A stretch of 64,000 nt of DNA, taken from positions 1-64,000 of IMG/VR virus record IMGVR_UViG_3300024343_000007; one strand, 5' to 3'. The DNA comes from a virus. Its lineage: Duplodnaviria; Heunggongvirae; Uroviricota; Caudoviricetes. The position numbers and the translations under genes are program-made. Under the pieces are notes generated by a model. The model worked only from the letters and a program-made list of their open reading frames with translations, was not told the origin of the DNA and did no database searches. Positions 48,151-62,800 of this stretch are shown piece by piece. The stretch's first letter is position 1, and the number at the start of each line of letters is the position of its first letter.

Positions 48151-50859
48151 ATGGCATCGTTTACAGATCAAATATCACAGTTTAACCCCTACATCCAGGA
48201 ACTCCCAGTTGAGGCCATGGCCCAGGTTGGTATGGCCAAACAGGCCCAATATGACCAAGGTGTACGAAAAGTTCAGAGCTATATTGATAGAGTATCTGGT
48301 CTAGAAATAGCTAAGCCTCAACATAAGCAGTATCTTGAATCAAAGATGAATGAGCTTGGTAACAGATTAAAGACTGTAGCTGCTGGTGATTTCTCTAATC
48401 AACAATTAGTTAATTCTGTTGCTGGTATGACAGGTCAGGTGGCTAAAGATCCTATAGTTCAAAATGCTGTATATTCCACAAGTGTTATTAAGAAAGGGTA
48501 TTCAGAAATAGAAGCTGCTAGAAAGGCAGGTAAGTCAGGTAAAGACAATGAAGATTTTTATGAATCTAATGTAAATAACTGGATGACTAATCCAGATTTA
48601 AAAACTCCCTTCCAAGGAAGATATACACCCTATACAGATGTAGATAAGAAGCTTAGAGGATTAGCAGAAGAACTTAAGAAGAACCCTTCATCAACAAGTG
48701 TTGATAATCCTTTTGTAAGAAATGATAAAGGAGAAACACTTTACTTTAAAACTGTTATAGATCCTACAACAAAGAAGAAAGTTACAATAAGTTCTATAGA
48801 TCCTTCACAAGGAGGAGAGAAACAACTTGATCTTGATATGCTTAAGATCAAAGTAAAAGGAACACCTGCTCAACAGATATATGATACCTTTACTGATAAC
48901 TTAACTAGTGATGATGTAGAACAGTTAAAGATTACTAGTTGGGCTAAGTTTAAAGGAGCAAACACTAAAACTTTTCAAGATTCTATACTAGATACATATA
49001 AGTTAAAAAAGGATATGCTAAATGAACAGATTACTAATTTAGCTGTTGAGTTACAAAATCCTAAATTAACAAGTGCACAAAAGTCTCAAGGAAATGCAAT
49101 TCTTAAGAACTTGACAGACATGTATGATGGTGGAGTTCTTGATAAAAAAATGAATGAAGAACTTTCTACTCTTGATAAAAAGATTAATGAGCAAGGATTA
49201 GATACAGTTAAATATGATGTTTATGTAGATAACCATTTCAGTCGTCTTGCTAAAGAGTTATCTTTCAAAACATATGAAGAAGAAAGGGTAGCTAACCCTG
49301 CATCTCAAGCACTGTTAGCTAAACAAAAGTTTCAATTAGATCAACTTCAGTTTCAAGATGAAAGTAGAAGAGGATGGGCTAGTATTACAAATGCTCAAAA
49401 TAGACTTGCATGGGAAAAATTAGTAAAAGCACAAGAGCTTGCACCTACTAATTTACTAGATGTAACTGAGGGAACAATTGGTACAGGTAAAGCCATCCCT
49501 ACAGTGGGAAGCGAAAGAAAAGATTTAGTAGATATATTATCACAGAAGGCTACATTAGATAGCAAATGGGCTAAATATATATTTCCTGATTTAAAACAGG
49601 CTAATCAATATACAACTGCTCTTGGGGGATTATTAAATAACTATAAGAAGAATCCTCAAATGAATCTTACTGCTAATCAAAAAGCATATATAAGAGAAGC
49701 TGAAGCATTAGATAATGCAGCTCAGTCAAAAATAAATGCAATAAGCTATGCAGAGAAGAAAGGATTAGATAAAGCTATTGATAAAACAGCAAATGCTCTT
49801 GGTACTAATGATGTTGTAATTAATGGAAAAACGTTTACATCAAAAGAACTAGCAGATGTTGCTGTTAGAATGGCTGAATATAAAAGAGAAGGTGTTCCAA
49901 GTTATACATCAGCTGCTACATCAGAGTATGGTGTACCAGGTCGTCCTGGCATTCCTGCTACTTTTGATGTGAAAGGAGCAAATGATTTCTTTTCAAATTA
50001 TCAAGGTGGTAAATACTATTCAATAATAGCTCCTCTTTTAAAAAGACAAACAGGAAAAGCTTTAACTGCTAGTGAAACAGATGCTTTAAATAAATTTAAT
50101 ACAGCATCAGATATAGTTAAACGTGAAACAGGAAATATACCTAAGTATGAATCTGAAGCTTTGGTAGGTATAAGTCCAAGTACTGTTTCACAAAAGGCAA
50201 CTTTAACTCCTGACCTTGTAAAAGGTGATGAATTAGCCATTGATAAATTCTTGACCAAAGCTGTAGGTAGATATAATGCTCTTGAACAAAAACCAAATTG
50301 GAATGCTGATAATATAGCTAAGCTATGGAACACTCGTAAAAGTGGTGCTGAAGGAGGTGCAAAAGTTGGTTGGGAACTTGAAAAGTTTAGAGATGGCACT
50401 GCACAAATAATAGTATCACAAGGAACTACTGTAGAAATAATTCCTGTACTTCCTGAAGATTTACGTAACTACTTTCCACAAGCAACACAAGTGAGTCCAT
50501 TTAATCAAATAAGAGATTTAATATATACATCTCCTACTAAGACAACAAACTTAGCAGGTGCAACAGATGACAATCCTACTAATGCAGTGAATGCTAGATA
50601 TTCAGGATATGATCTTCCTCAATTAGAAAAAGCTAAAGATGCTCCTTTATTTAGATATGATATTATTGGAAGTCCAAACAATACAGGAAGATCAGAGACA
50701 GATCAATTTTTATTTGTTGGATATGTAAAAGATCCTAAAACAGATGGTTGGAAAAGAAAAGAATTAAGTGATGGATATCAGGGAGAAGGAAAGATGTTAC
50801 AAATAATGAGTCTTTGGAATAAGGATAATATAACAGAAGCACAAAAAACTTGGAAATAA
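48151..50859 (+). CDS. hypothetical large virion protein (902 aa)
   Basis: ORF preceded by TACATTTG (-7 box-like). Coiled-coil-rich. No catalytic motif recognised. Confidence 0.55.
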   Translation: MASFTDQISQFNPYIQELPVEAMAQVGMAKQAQYDQGVRKVQSYIDRVSGLEIAKPQHKQYLESKMNELGNRLKTVAAGDFSNQQLVNSVAGMTGQVAKDPIVQNAVYSTSVIKKGYSEIEAARKAGKSGKDNEDFYESNVNNWMTNPDLKTPFQGRYTPYTDVDKKLRGLAEELKKNPSSTSVDNPFVRNDKGETLYFKTVIDPTTKKKVTISSIDPSQGGEKQLDLDMLKIKVKGTPAQQIYDTFTDNLTSDDVEQLKITSWAKFKGANTKTFQDSILDTYKLKKDMLNEQITNLAVELQNPKLTSAQKSQGNAILKNLTDMYDGGVLDKKMNEELSTLDKKINEQGLDTVKYDVYVDNHFSRLAKELSFKTYEEERVANPASQALLAKQKFQLDQLQFQDESRRGWASITNAQNRLAWEKLVKAQELAPTNLLDVTEGTIGTGKAIPTVGSERKDLVDILSQKATLDSKWAKYIFPDLKQANQYTTALGGLLNNYKKNPQMNLTANQKAYIREAEALDNAAQSKINAISYAEKKGLDKAIDKTANALGTNDVVINGKTFTSKELADVAVRMAEYKREGVPSYTSAATSEYGVPGRPGIPATFDVKGANDFFSNYQGGKYYSIIAPLLKRQTGKALTASETDALNKFNTASDIVKRETGNIPKYESEALVGISPSTVSQKATLTPDLVKGDELAIDKFLTKAVGRYNALEQKPNWNADNIAKLWNTRKSGAEGGAKVGWELEKFRDGTAQIIVSQGTTVEIIPVLPEDLRNYFPQATQVSPFNQIRDLIYTSPTKTTNLAGATDDNPTNAVNARYSGYDLPQLEKAKDAPLFRYDIIGSPNNTGRSETDQFLFVGYVKDPKTDGWKRKELSDGYQGEGKMLQIMSLWNKDNITEAQKTWK

Positions 50860-50860
50860 T

Positions 50861-53800
50861 ATGGCAATGTCTGAGCAAGAACCTATACAAGATACTGATT
50901 ACTTAAGTGAATTAGGTGCACCTAAATCTGTTTTAGGTTCTGCAAAACCAGTAGATTTATCTATTGGAGGAGCTTTATATGGCCCTGAAAAACAACGTGG
51001 ATTAAGTATTGATGAAATAATAAACTTACCAGATGTGGCTCCAAAAGGATTTGGTAAATCTTTTGGTTCTATTTCTGCTGCTGAAATATATGCAAATAGA
51101 CGCTATCCTATCTATGATAGGAACATGCCTGATTTAGAAGATGTATATGCAGAGAGCCAACCTTGGTATAAGATATTAGGTAATGGTATTGCTAAGATGG
51201 GATTGATAGGAGCTGGAACATTTGCTCAATCTTTAACAAACTTTCCTAATGTATTAGATGCTGCAAGATCAAAAGATCTATCTGAGTTATCAGGAGATCC
51301 AGATGGATATGAAGGGTCTATTGATAACTGGGTAAAAAATATAAATGAGGATCTTCCTAACTATGCTAGTAAGTATGTTAGAGAGAATCCTTTCTTATCT
51401 GCTATTCCCTTTATGAAAGGAAATGCATATTGGTGGGGTGAGAAGTTTATTCCCAACCTAGGATTTATGTTAGGAGCTGTTGGTGGTGCTGTTGTACAAG
51501 ATATTGCAATAGGTGCTGTAACAGAAGGTATAGGTGAGATTCCACTATTAGCTAACCAAATTGGTAAGGCTTCATTATATCTAAATAAATTATTTAGTGC
51601 TGAGACTGCTATAGGTAGAGGATTAGGGGCAACGCAAATTTCTCAATTAGGAAGACTTGAACAATTAGGTGAAAGACTTGGTAAGACAGAAGCTCAGATG
51701 TTCAAAGTAACTGAACTTGCTCAATTGGCAGCAGCTGCAAAATTAGGAAAAGGATTTAGAACTACCACAGCTATATTAGGTTCTGCTATGACAGAAGCTG
51801 GTGTTGAGTCTAGGAATGGATATAGTATGGTTAAGGATGAATTAACTAACCAATACAAACTCACTCATGCAGGAGAAGAGCCTACAGGAGATGATTTACA
51901 ACAAATAGAAAACCTTTCTACAAATGCTATGAATACCAGGTTTGGTATTAACATGGCATTACTCACTGTATCCAACTCATTACAGTTCAATAACTTATTT
52001 AAAACAATGGTTGGTGTTCCAGGCAGCAGAGCTATATCTGGATCACTTACACAAGAGTTAGAAGGACTTGGTAAAGTAGGATTAAAAGAAGGTAGCTTAG
52101 ATGTGTTTGAAAAAAAGGCAGCTACATCTGTTTTAGGAAAGGTATGGGAAAGTGTTAGACCAACAGGTGCTAATGTATTTAGAGAGGGTGTGTTTGAAGA
52201 AGGTGGACAGTTTGCAGCTGAGAGAGGAACATATGATTATTACACAAGAAAGTACAAGAGTGATAAGTATAAGGAACAATGGAATGGTGTTAATGAATTA
52301 ATCAATTCCACTGTCTATGGATTGAATGAACAATTTACTAGTACAGAAGGTCTTGAGAACATGTTGATTGGTGGATTAACAGGTCTTGTTGTTGGTGGTG
52401 TACAAAGTGGTATTGATGCTAAGAGAGGATTAAGTAAAGATGCTAGATTAGCTACAGCAACTAATGTACTTAATCAAGTGGGTATTACTAGTACATTACA
52501 GAATAACTATGATAACACTGTAACTTCTGCAGGTATTGCAAAAGATATGGAAGAAGCTGCTGCTTCAGGTGATGTGTTTAAATATAAAAACTTACAGGCT
52601 GATGAGTTCTTCAACTTTGTAACATCTCGTCTTCCATCAGGAATGCATGATGTAACAGTTGAGCAATTGAATATGTTGAAAAACCTATCCAAAGAACAGT
52701 TTGAAAGTATGTTCCAATTGGATTTCAATTCTACAAACAGAGCCACTGTAAGTGAATATGTAGATGGTATGATTGCCAAATCAAATGATATTAAAGATAC
52801 ATATGAAACTGTTAATACTACATTTAAGAATCCATTTAAGATAAACTATAATGCTGATAATATAGATAGTATTGTTGAGGCTAACAACTATATTACATTT
52901 GAAAAGTATAAGAAAGACTTAACCTATTTTGCTGCAATGCCAACGCTTGCAGATAGTAGAATTCAATCTATTCAAGAGTCTGTTAATAAGATTAATCCTA
53001 ATATCACTACAGACGTATTATCACAACTTACTAATAATCAAGGTCTTGCAGAATTAGCTAAGTTCTATGAAGAGAAAGCTACATCTTTAAAGAAGACTAT
53101 TACAGATTACACTACACCTGTAGATAAGAAGAAAATAAATGATCAGATCAAAGCATTACGTACAAGATCTGAACTAATTGCCCAAGCACTTAATACTGGT
53201 AAGGTAGATGATAAAACATTTGATAGCTTATTAAACTTTGAGTTGAATGGTCAAGATGCTACATTAGGTAAATCTGTAGCTTCTTTACATGCTCAAGAAT
53301 TAATGGATTATAGTGTAGATATCAACGCTTTAGAAAAAAGAAAGAAGGATGCATCTAAGGCTTATGATGAGATGTCTACTAAAGAAGGCTTTGAGAAATA
53401 CTTCAAAGAGGCAGAAGAAATGGCTTCTGATAAAGATGCTGTTGTAAATGAGGAAGAGAAGAAAGAAGAAACTGCTCCTACACCAGAGACACCTAAAGAA
53501 CCTGTAAAGTTTAGATTCAACAATGCTAATAAACAAGCTGAGAATCTTGAGGTGGATAGAGAGTATGAGATGGGTAAGGTGTATAAGACAAAGATTAATA
53601 AACTTGATGATGATAGATGGCAAGTTGTATCTCCTGATGGAACATATGAGATACTTCCTAGCAAAGAAAAAGCACAAGAAAGATCTGATGAACTAACTGA
53701 TGAGTTTAATAACTTACAGAAGATTAAGGTTTTGGCTCTTAATCCAGATGGTTCAATTAAGATAGAAGATGTTAATGGTGACATCTATGATATTAATCCT

Positions 53801-56800
53801 AGAAAGTTATCTGGTTTCAGTAGAGTTCAAACAGATCAAGAGAAACTACAGAAGATAGCTAATCAGTTAGGAGCTGCTCAAACTAGAATAGAAATAAAGT
53901 CTGGAGCAGTATCTACTGATGACCCAAGCAAAGAGCAGCAAGTAAAAGAACCTAAGAAGAAGAGAGTTGATATATTCTTTATCTCCACTGTAGACTCAAT
54001 GGATGATGGTGTTGCTCCTTCTAAGACATATCAAATACGTACAAGACAGTTCTTAAATAATATTAAGAACTTCTCTAATAGAGACAACATCAAAGTGATG
54101 CTTGTCACTCCTAAACAATATAAAGGATTAGGATTAACCACTCTTGATAATGTAGCTTATGGCCAAGAAACGTTTACACCTGAGGAGCAAGCAAAGCTTA
54201 TTGATGTAGATAATGGATTGGTAACTGCTGTTTATGTGGAACAAGAGGGTAGCACTCTTTATTATGTTGATAAAGATGGTAAGCGTTTATCTAAAGTAGA
54301 TGGTACACAAGCAGATGTTAATAGTTTAGTATTTGCTAATATGCCTACAGCATCATTGTATTATAATTACAAAGATGCTCAAGGCAATCCTGTGCCTAGA
54401 TTTAAAAAAGGTGAGGAGGCAGAAGCAGAAGCATATATGGAGGCTTGGAAGAAAGCAAGGGCAGATGTGTTTGCTTCAGATCCTAACAATCCACAGTTAT
54501 ACAGCTTCTCTATCTCTAGAGGTATGGCTGTTGAAACTCCTGTAGATGGTAAGCCTGAAACTAATCATGTTGGTGATAACTTAATCCCTGAAAAGAAGAT
54601 TAAGAATCAAGCTAATGTAATTGTAGTTTCTACAACAGGAATCATTTCTCACAATGGAGAAAACTATAATATCCCTAAAGGAAGACCAATGTTGCAATAT
54701 GGTGACACATTGCAGTGGTTAAACAATAGAAAGTTTACACCAGATGAAGCTAAGAGTATCTTTGAAGCATTAAGATTGATGTCAGAAGATGTTCAAAAGA
54801 AAGCTAAAGATGGTAAGGATGTTGAGTTTAATCCATTGTATGCTAACTTCTTACAGAATGTATTGTTCTGGAAGAAGGGGGCTGATACTAAGAACAACCA
54901 AATGTATATAGATGATAGAACAATGGATCTATATCTTGGTGGTAAGAAATATAACTTTGCTAACTTAGCTATCTCTGAGAAAGAAATAGTTAGTCAGCTT
55001 CAGAATACATTTAACACAGTTAACAATGACTCTGTTAAAAAGAATGATGAAGAATTTACAGAACTTTACTTTGAGGATAAATATTTAAAAGATAGACAAT
55101 GGCCTAATTATCAAAGCTATTTGTTATCTAGTAAACTTCCTAATGGTAAAGGAAGATCAATTAAAGATACACCACTATCTACATCTGTAACAAAACCATC
55201 TGATCGAGTTCCATATAACTACAGACAGAAGTATGTAACGTTAGGTGGATTAGAACTTGCTGTACAGAAGATTACTAAACCTGTAGCTCCTGTAGCTAAA
55301 GGTGGTGCCACAGAGATTGGTGGATATAAGATGGATGGTACAACAACACATACAAGAGAACTTAAAGCTCTTGGTAATGTAACGTTCACAGCTAGATTAA
55401 ACTCTAATGGTGTTCCAGCAGTTACAGTTGATACAATAGAAAACTTAGAATCTATTGTAGCAGACCCAGCTAAGACAGCTCCTTATTTTGACTTCTTAAA
55501 AAACAATAAGGATGCTAGTGGTAAATCTTTATTTGATGCTACAAGAAGTGAGCAAGAGCTAATGTATGATTTTGCATCTATAGCAATTGCTAATCAATTG
55601 AATAAGATGAAGAATGCTGAGACAGCTCCTGCAGCTCAACCAGCTCCTGTAGTTTCTAATGAGAAAGGTTTCCAAGGATATAAAGGAGGTTTTGAAAATA
55701 CAGGTAAAGGTACTGTTCAAGGTGATGGTAAAGATAAGGCAATGAGGAAAGTTGCTGATGGATTTATTGGAGAATCTGTATCAACTAATAATAAATCATT
55801 TGTAACTTCTACTCAAAGAATAGAAAACTTAAAACCTTTATCTTCAACAGATACAAGTTATAAAGAAATAGCTGATAAAACTGGTACTAATTATGAAGGA
55901 TTAGATAATAATCCTTCTCTTCAATCAGGAAATGATGATGGTATAATTATGTTAGCTAGAAATTCAAAGTTTAGTGGAAAAGGTTTACAAAAATCTACAA
56001 AGGATGCAATATTAAAAGCTAAAAATAATGGTGCAGAATTTGTTGTAGGAGATATGCCAGGAGTAGATATTCAGTTTATAGATTACTTACAAGAGATAGG
56101 TGCTAAATTTACTATATATCATACAGGTGCTACATCTAGAACAACAATAGTTGGCTTAGTAGATGATATAGCTCCTGCTCCAACTGTTCAAGAGAACGTT
56201 GAGAAGTTAGAACAATTAGAAGATACTGTTGATGATGCTGAAGAGAAAGCTCTTGAGGATGAAATCAATAAACAAATAGCTGAGAAGGTTAATGCTCTTG
56301 GGAAAACAAAAGCACCAAAGAAACGTTATAGAGAGATTGCAGGATTAGATGTTCCTAGAATGACTGACGCTGAGCTTCAGTTATTTAAAGAGTGGCATGC
56401 TAAGAACGCTGCTGGTATTCCATTTGAAGTGTTACAACGTGTGATGACTACTAATGATGGTAGACAAGCATGGGGAGCATTTGAGAATGGTGTAGCTAAG
56501 TTTTATAAGTCTGCAGCTAGAGGTACAGAGTATCATGAGATATTCCATGGCATCTTTGGTGGCTTCTTAAGTGCAGAAGAAAGACAACTTATTTTTGATG
56601 AGTTTAAATCTAAATCTGGTAAGTTCAAAGATAGAGCTACAGGTAGTATGATCTATTATGAGGAAGCTACAGATCAACAAGCTGAGGAAAGAATAGCTGA
56701 TGACTTTGCTGACTTTAGATTAGGTAAGTTACCTGCTAAAAGTATTGGTGAAAGAATATTAAAATTCTTCAGAAGTATCATACAATTTGTTAGAGAGTTT

Positions 56801-59800
56801 GTAAATAAACCATCTAAGAAAGATGAGTTATTCAAAACTATTGAGGCTGGTAGATTTAAAGATACTAAGTTAAATCCTGCTGTATATAATCAACTTACAC
56901 AGTGGAGCGTTATCCCTGGTCTTGATGAACCCACTACACACGAGTCAGTTCAGGACGTGGCTGCTAGATTCTTCTTTGAAGTGTTTAGCAAAAACATGGA
57001 CTTATATAATCCTAAGTTATTAACTTCTCCTGAGATATTTGATACAATCAAAGAAGAATTTGCTGAGGAAGGAAAGCTAGATGTGTTAGGTGAAGAAGGT
57101 TGGAGTCAGCTGGTTAAGAAATCAAGAGAGTTCTTACGCACATTCAAGATTCAATTTGATGAGAATAATGTTATTGTTTTTAATAATGATGATAATACTA
57201 ATCGTGACTATGCACCAGAACCATTCTCTGTAGACTGGAAGAAACAATCTAGTTTCCCAATCAAGATTACTGTAGGGTCATTAGTTTTAACTGTACCTAC
57301 TAATCAAGAGAATGCATTACGTTTACAAATGCCTGATGAAGTAATTTCAGGTAGTGCAAAAGGCTTCATGTTATTGAACTTTAGTAGAGCGTTTGCCACT
57401 ATATTGAATAAGATTTCTAATACATCTTCTATAGGTAAGGTGGTAGATAAACTACTTACTCTAGCTAAGCAAGATAGTAACTATGTAAGATTATGGTCTA
57501 AACTTGGTGGAACTATAGATAAATTAGGTTCTGAAAATAAGGAAACAGCTATAGACTATTCTAAGTTCCAAGCTCATGACTGGAGATTATTTATTAACTT
57601 CTACCAAACATTTACTAAGCAACATCCTAATGCACGTATACAATATGTTTCTGATGATGAGGTGTATACAGGATCTGCAGAATTATCTGATGCTATAGAT
57701 GATGTAGTAGAGGGTTGGATTGAAGGTATCAAAGCTTTATCTAAAGATAGTAAGTCTCTTATTGTTCTTGATAAACCAAATAAGGTTTACAAGGTGGGTG
57801 ACCTATCTAATATAGAGATTAAGAACCCTGAGCAAATGGTAGACTTCTTAAGTAAGATAGGTGTAATCTTTCCAATTGATGTATACAATAAACTTACCAC
57901 TAGAGAAAAGAATGTATTTGGTAGAGCAATAGGAGGTCTTTTAACATCTCTTCGTAGTAAGAGTGATATACTAAGTAGTGTTACCAGTAAGTTATTAGAT
58001 ATCAAGGGACCATTAAATGCTATGGGTGAAATGTTAGTTAGAGTTACTAATCCTAACTTTGATCCTACGCATATTAATGTGGAAGGAGAAAGAACTAATG
58101 GCTATGCAGAAAATAATAATTCTTCTGTATTTGAGAATGAATGGAGAGAAGCTGGTACATTAGAAAACCTTAAGCAAGCTAGACCAGAATTAAATGATCC
58201 ATTCTCTACAAACAGTCTCATCTTAAAGAAAGATGGATTATATATTGATGAAGATGGTAATATTAAACGAGATCTTAAAGTAGGATATATTCAAGGTACT
58301 AAAGATGTTGATACAGATGATGGTACTTCTACAAGTAAACTAACACTTGGTAATAGATATACACAAGAGATTAATGAAAATGTTAATGGTAGATTCTATA
58401 TATTACTTCCTGCTGAAAGTAGTACAGAATGGCAAATGGACCTTGGTATAAATGTTCCATTTAAACAATTTGGTACTAAAATAGGATGGGATACTACATA
58501 TAAGATATTCCAAGGATACTTAAAAGATGATATTGCTTTAGCTAAAGATGCTGATGTAAGAAAGAAACTTAAGAATATAGGCAATAGAGCTTATGACTTG
58601 CGTTTCTTCAAAGACATTCTATCTGAAGATATGTTAGCTAAGATCAATACTGAATTAGTAATGAAGTCTGCTTCTGATGAGGAAGTGATTGCCTTTATAG
58701 CTGAGAATGAAGAGGAGATTAATGGTTCTATAAAGTCATATTTTGACGAATATATAAACGATACAATTGCTACGCTTAAAGAATATGGACAAGTAGTTCC
58801 TAGTGCAAATGGTAAAGCTTTAGCATACCCAATGCTTAATAGTGTATTTGCTAAGATATCTGGAATCAATAGATATAATCTTACAGACGAAAAGTTAAGA
58901 AACCTTATTGAGTATGTAAATATCAACTATGTCATAAGCAACATTGAATTCCATAAGATCTTATTTGGTGATCCATATCAGTTTGCTTTAAAAGAAGGTG
59001 AGTCAGAAGAAACTAAACGTATTAAGTCTTTCTTATCTCCAAGAAGAACAACATTTGATATGCCAGAATACAATGAGTTTCTTAATAATGAATTCAATAA
59101 AGCTGGTGAGATTGAATTAACACCTGATGATCTTGGTTATCATAAACATAAATCTCATACTAACACAGTGACTATCAAAGAGATATATGTGGAAGGTGGG
59201 TTAATGGGCAGAACAAAAGAAGCAGATGCTCAGTCTTGGATCATGGATACTACAAACAGAGAGGTGAAGTTAAAGAACGCTCAGTGGACAGATGAAGCAG
59301 AAATATTCCACCAATGGCAAATGGCTTACACTAGAAACAGAATGGCTGCCAAAGGTAAATATACATATACCAATGATACACTTAAAAAACAAGACGCAGC
59401 ATTAATTGAAACTCCTGTACCTAAATATGGTGTAGAAGTATTGAAGCCTATTGTAACTGGTAACAAGTTAGGTAAGACATACTTTGAATTAGTACTAGAT
59501 AAGTTCTCACAACTGCCTTTGTATTATCAAGCTATTGAAGGAACTACATTAGAAGGACTTTATATAAAGATGTGGGAAGAGAAGATTGGTTATGCTATTT
59601 TAGAGAGTGGTAGAAAGATGGGTACAACAGAAGCATTTGACTTATACAAAGATGGTAAGTTAAACCCAGAACCATTTAACAACTTAGTTCAAGTTCCTTG
59701 GAAAGCTTATGGCATCCAAGTAGAAACTAACTATGATGTTGTCAAAGCACAAACACGTGGTAGTCAACCTACTAAGTTAGTTACTGTAGACTTGTTTGAT

Positions 59801-62800
59801 AATGGTGTACCTGTTAGTCAAAGAGCTAAAGAAGCAACAGATAGAAACAATAATATATTGGACTTAATGCATGAGAATGCATATAATGTTTTGTTAGAAA
59901 GATTAGGTATTGAGGATTTAGGCACTGAGTTTATATTAGCAAACAAACAAGCTGTATCTAATACATTAGTATATGAGATGCTTAGAAGAGAGTTAGATGA
60001 GAATGCTAAGGATACAGTTCAATTAGATAGTAAAGGTGAGTTCCCTATTCCTTTTGAAGCGTCTCCTTCTTACAAGCAAATTAAAGATATCCTATACTCT
60101 GTTGTACAAAAGACTATGGTTTCTCCTAAAGTGAATGGTGGTCCTAAGGTACAGGTGAGTGTTACAGGATGGGAAAACTTAGAGAAAGGAAGAAGATTAG
60201 CTATCAAAACTGAGGATGGATATAAAGAAATATCTAGAGAAGACTATGACAAACTATCTGATGAGGAGAAGAAGAAGGTAGTATTAACAGATGATACACT
60301 TAAGTTTTATACCAAAGATGATCCATACATGGAAATCATGTTACCTCATTGGTTTGGTGATACGCTTAGAAAGACTACTAAGTATACGACTGATGAAGAA
60401 ATCATTAACTACTTAAATATTACAGAGGAAGGTAAATCTATCTTAAGAGGTATAGGATTTCGTGTTCCTGCACAAGAATTAAGCTCTCTGGTAACATTCA
60501 GAGTGAAAAAGTTCTTACCTCAATTCATGGGAGAATCTGTTGTTGTACCTTCTGAAATCACTACTCTTGCTGGATCTGACTTTGATATAGATAAGTTAAA
60601 TACATATTTGAAATCTATATACATAGATGTGAATGGTAACATACGTTTAGTAAAGTGGTTAGGTTCTGAGGAAGCTACAAAAGACTTCTTCAGAGGTGTA
60701 TATAAAGATACCATCCAAAGAGACATAGATAAAATTGAAGAGTTTGAAGAATTCAGAAGTAAATTAGTAGATGTATTATCAAAGCTAGAAAGAATAGAAG
60801 GTGCTGCCAGTCCAGAATCTTTGGAGAGTGCACTTACTCCTTCTGAGCTTGACTTCTTCTACGATCGTTTATCTATATTCAAAGCAATCACTGATCAAGC
60901 TGCACAAAAAGATATTACAGCTGTAGATTACATGAATAAGCAAATTGAAGACTTATCTATTAATAAAGAAAAGCTGACAAAGGATATACTTAGTAATTCT
61001 CTTAGAGAAGATTATGTAAAAGATATGTATAAGCGTTCTCTTGAGAATGAGTACTATGATAGCATGGAAGAGTTATTAACTCTACCTGAGAACTTTGAAA
61101 GACTTATTTCTCCTGTAAATGATGCTGGATTAGAAAAGCTTTCTGTTAGAATAGGCAAACTAGTTAATCCTAAAGGTGATCAAGTTAAGAACAAGATTCT
61201 TAACAGAAACTTTATGACTAAGTTAAGACACTACTTTGTAACAGCTAAAAGATGGATAGGTATTGCTGCTACAAATATTACAAGTCACTCTCTATTCCAA
61301 AAGGGTCAGATATATTTGAACCCAGAAAGATTCTTCATGTTACCACAGCAAGATAGAAAATTTATTGGAGATGGTAGTATTATCTTGCCTCATAACAAAG
61401 TGAAGATTGGTGATAAAGAATATGCTTCATTATCAGGAACTAAGACAGCTGATGGTAAAAAACAATACATATCATCTAGACTATCTGGATATGGTACATC
61501 ATTTGTGGACGTAGCTAATAAACCATATATTGTTGAACTTGTTACTAGTGACTTATCTGTAGGTACTTTTATGTTCTTAGAGAGAATAGGTGCAGGTGAA
61601 TACACTGGTATTTTTATGAGCCAGCCTATTATTAGAGAATACTTAAAACAACTTGATAGCCAAAATAAAAAGGGTCTATTTAGTAAATTTGATATTGATA
61701 GTATTAAAAGTAACTTTGTTACAACAAATAAGGCTATTGAGACAGCAAGAATAGATATAAGTAACTTAGAGGCAAACATTGCTGATTACTATGCAGGTAA
61801 CGAATTAGGCATTGAAAGAAATGCTGAACAACATGCAATTCTTAATGAGTTCTTGAAATATGCTAAGTTAGCTGAATATAACTTTGACCTTACACAGGCT
61901 ATTAACTATGATACCACTAGATATAGAAGTGGTGATACCTTGTTTAAGAAGCAGGTTAGAACTGATATAACCATAGCAAGAAGTCCATTTAGTGGCATTG
62001 CTGAACTATTAGATCCTGAGAATCCTAAGATATTTATTGCTAAGCAAAGACATTATCTTGACTTATCTATGGAAGGAATGGGAGTAATATTAAAGCTTGA
62101 GCAAGATCAATTTAGAATTAATGTAATTGACCCATTATTAAAACCATATGCTAGAAATAAATATGTTGGTGCAGATGACTTTGAAAGAATAGCTAACAAG
62201 TTGAAAGCCAGCTTCTTAGATTATATTATACAAACAAAGACAGGATTTAACTCAGAGATAAATAAATTATTTGTAAATCCAAAGACCTCTGTATCTGCTC
62301 AATTAGAAGAAGCTAAGAAGATAAGTTCTAATCCTATCTTGAATGATTTTAAGGTGATTAGTTCTCCAAGACCAGATGGTGTAATGAGTGTTAAGTTAAC
62401 TGTGAATATTAAAGGAAGTGCATATGATAAGAACTTATACATAGGATATATGAGACAATTAAGAGATACTCCTAGTACTAATGCTTTATATAAAGACTTA
62501 GTTAAGATGGCTCTCTTACAAGGTACATATGAGAATGGTGTAAGTATTGCTAGCATTATTCCTATTGAGGATTCTAGTAAATACGTTGCTCCTATCATGG
62601 CACCTTTGATGTATGATGAATCATTAGATGCTTTTGCAGATGGAGGTTTCCAAAGAAACAACTGGAAAGACAATAAGGTATTTAAAAAGTTTGAACCTAA
62701 GTTTTGGTTAGCTGATGAAGCTCCAGTAGATGTACAGGTAAATGACTTTGGTGATATTATTGGTGACATTTATCAATATCAATCCTCTGATTATTTCCCT

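Noticed and set aside
53330-53784. Minus-strand ORFs 53330-53677 and 53362-53784
   Set aside because: They are antisense frames within the 4306-aa ORF, in a Glu/Lys-rich stretch. Low-complexity artefacts.
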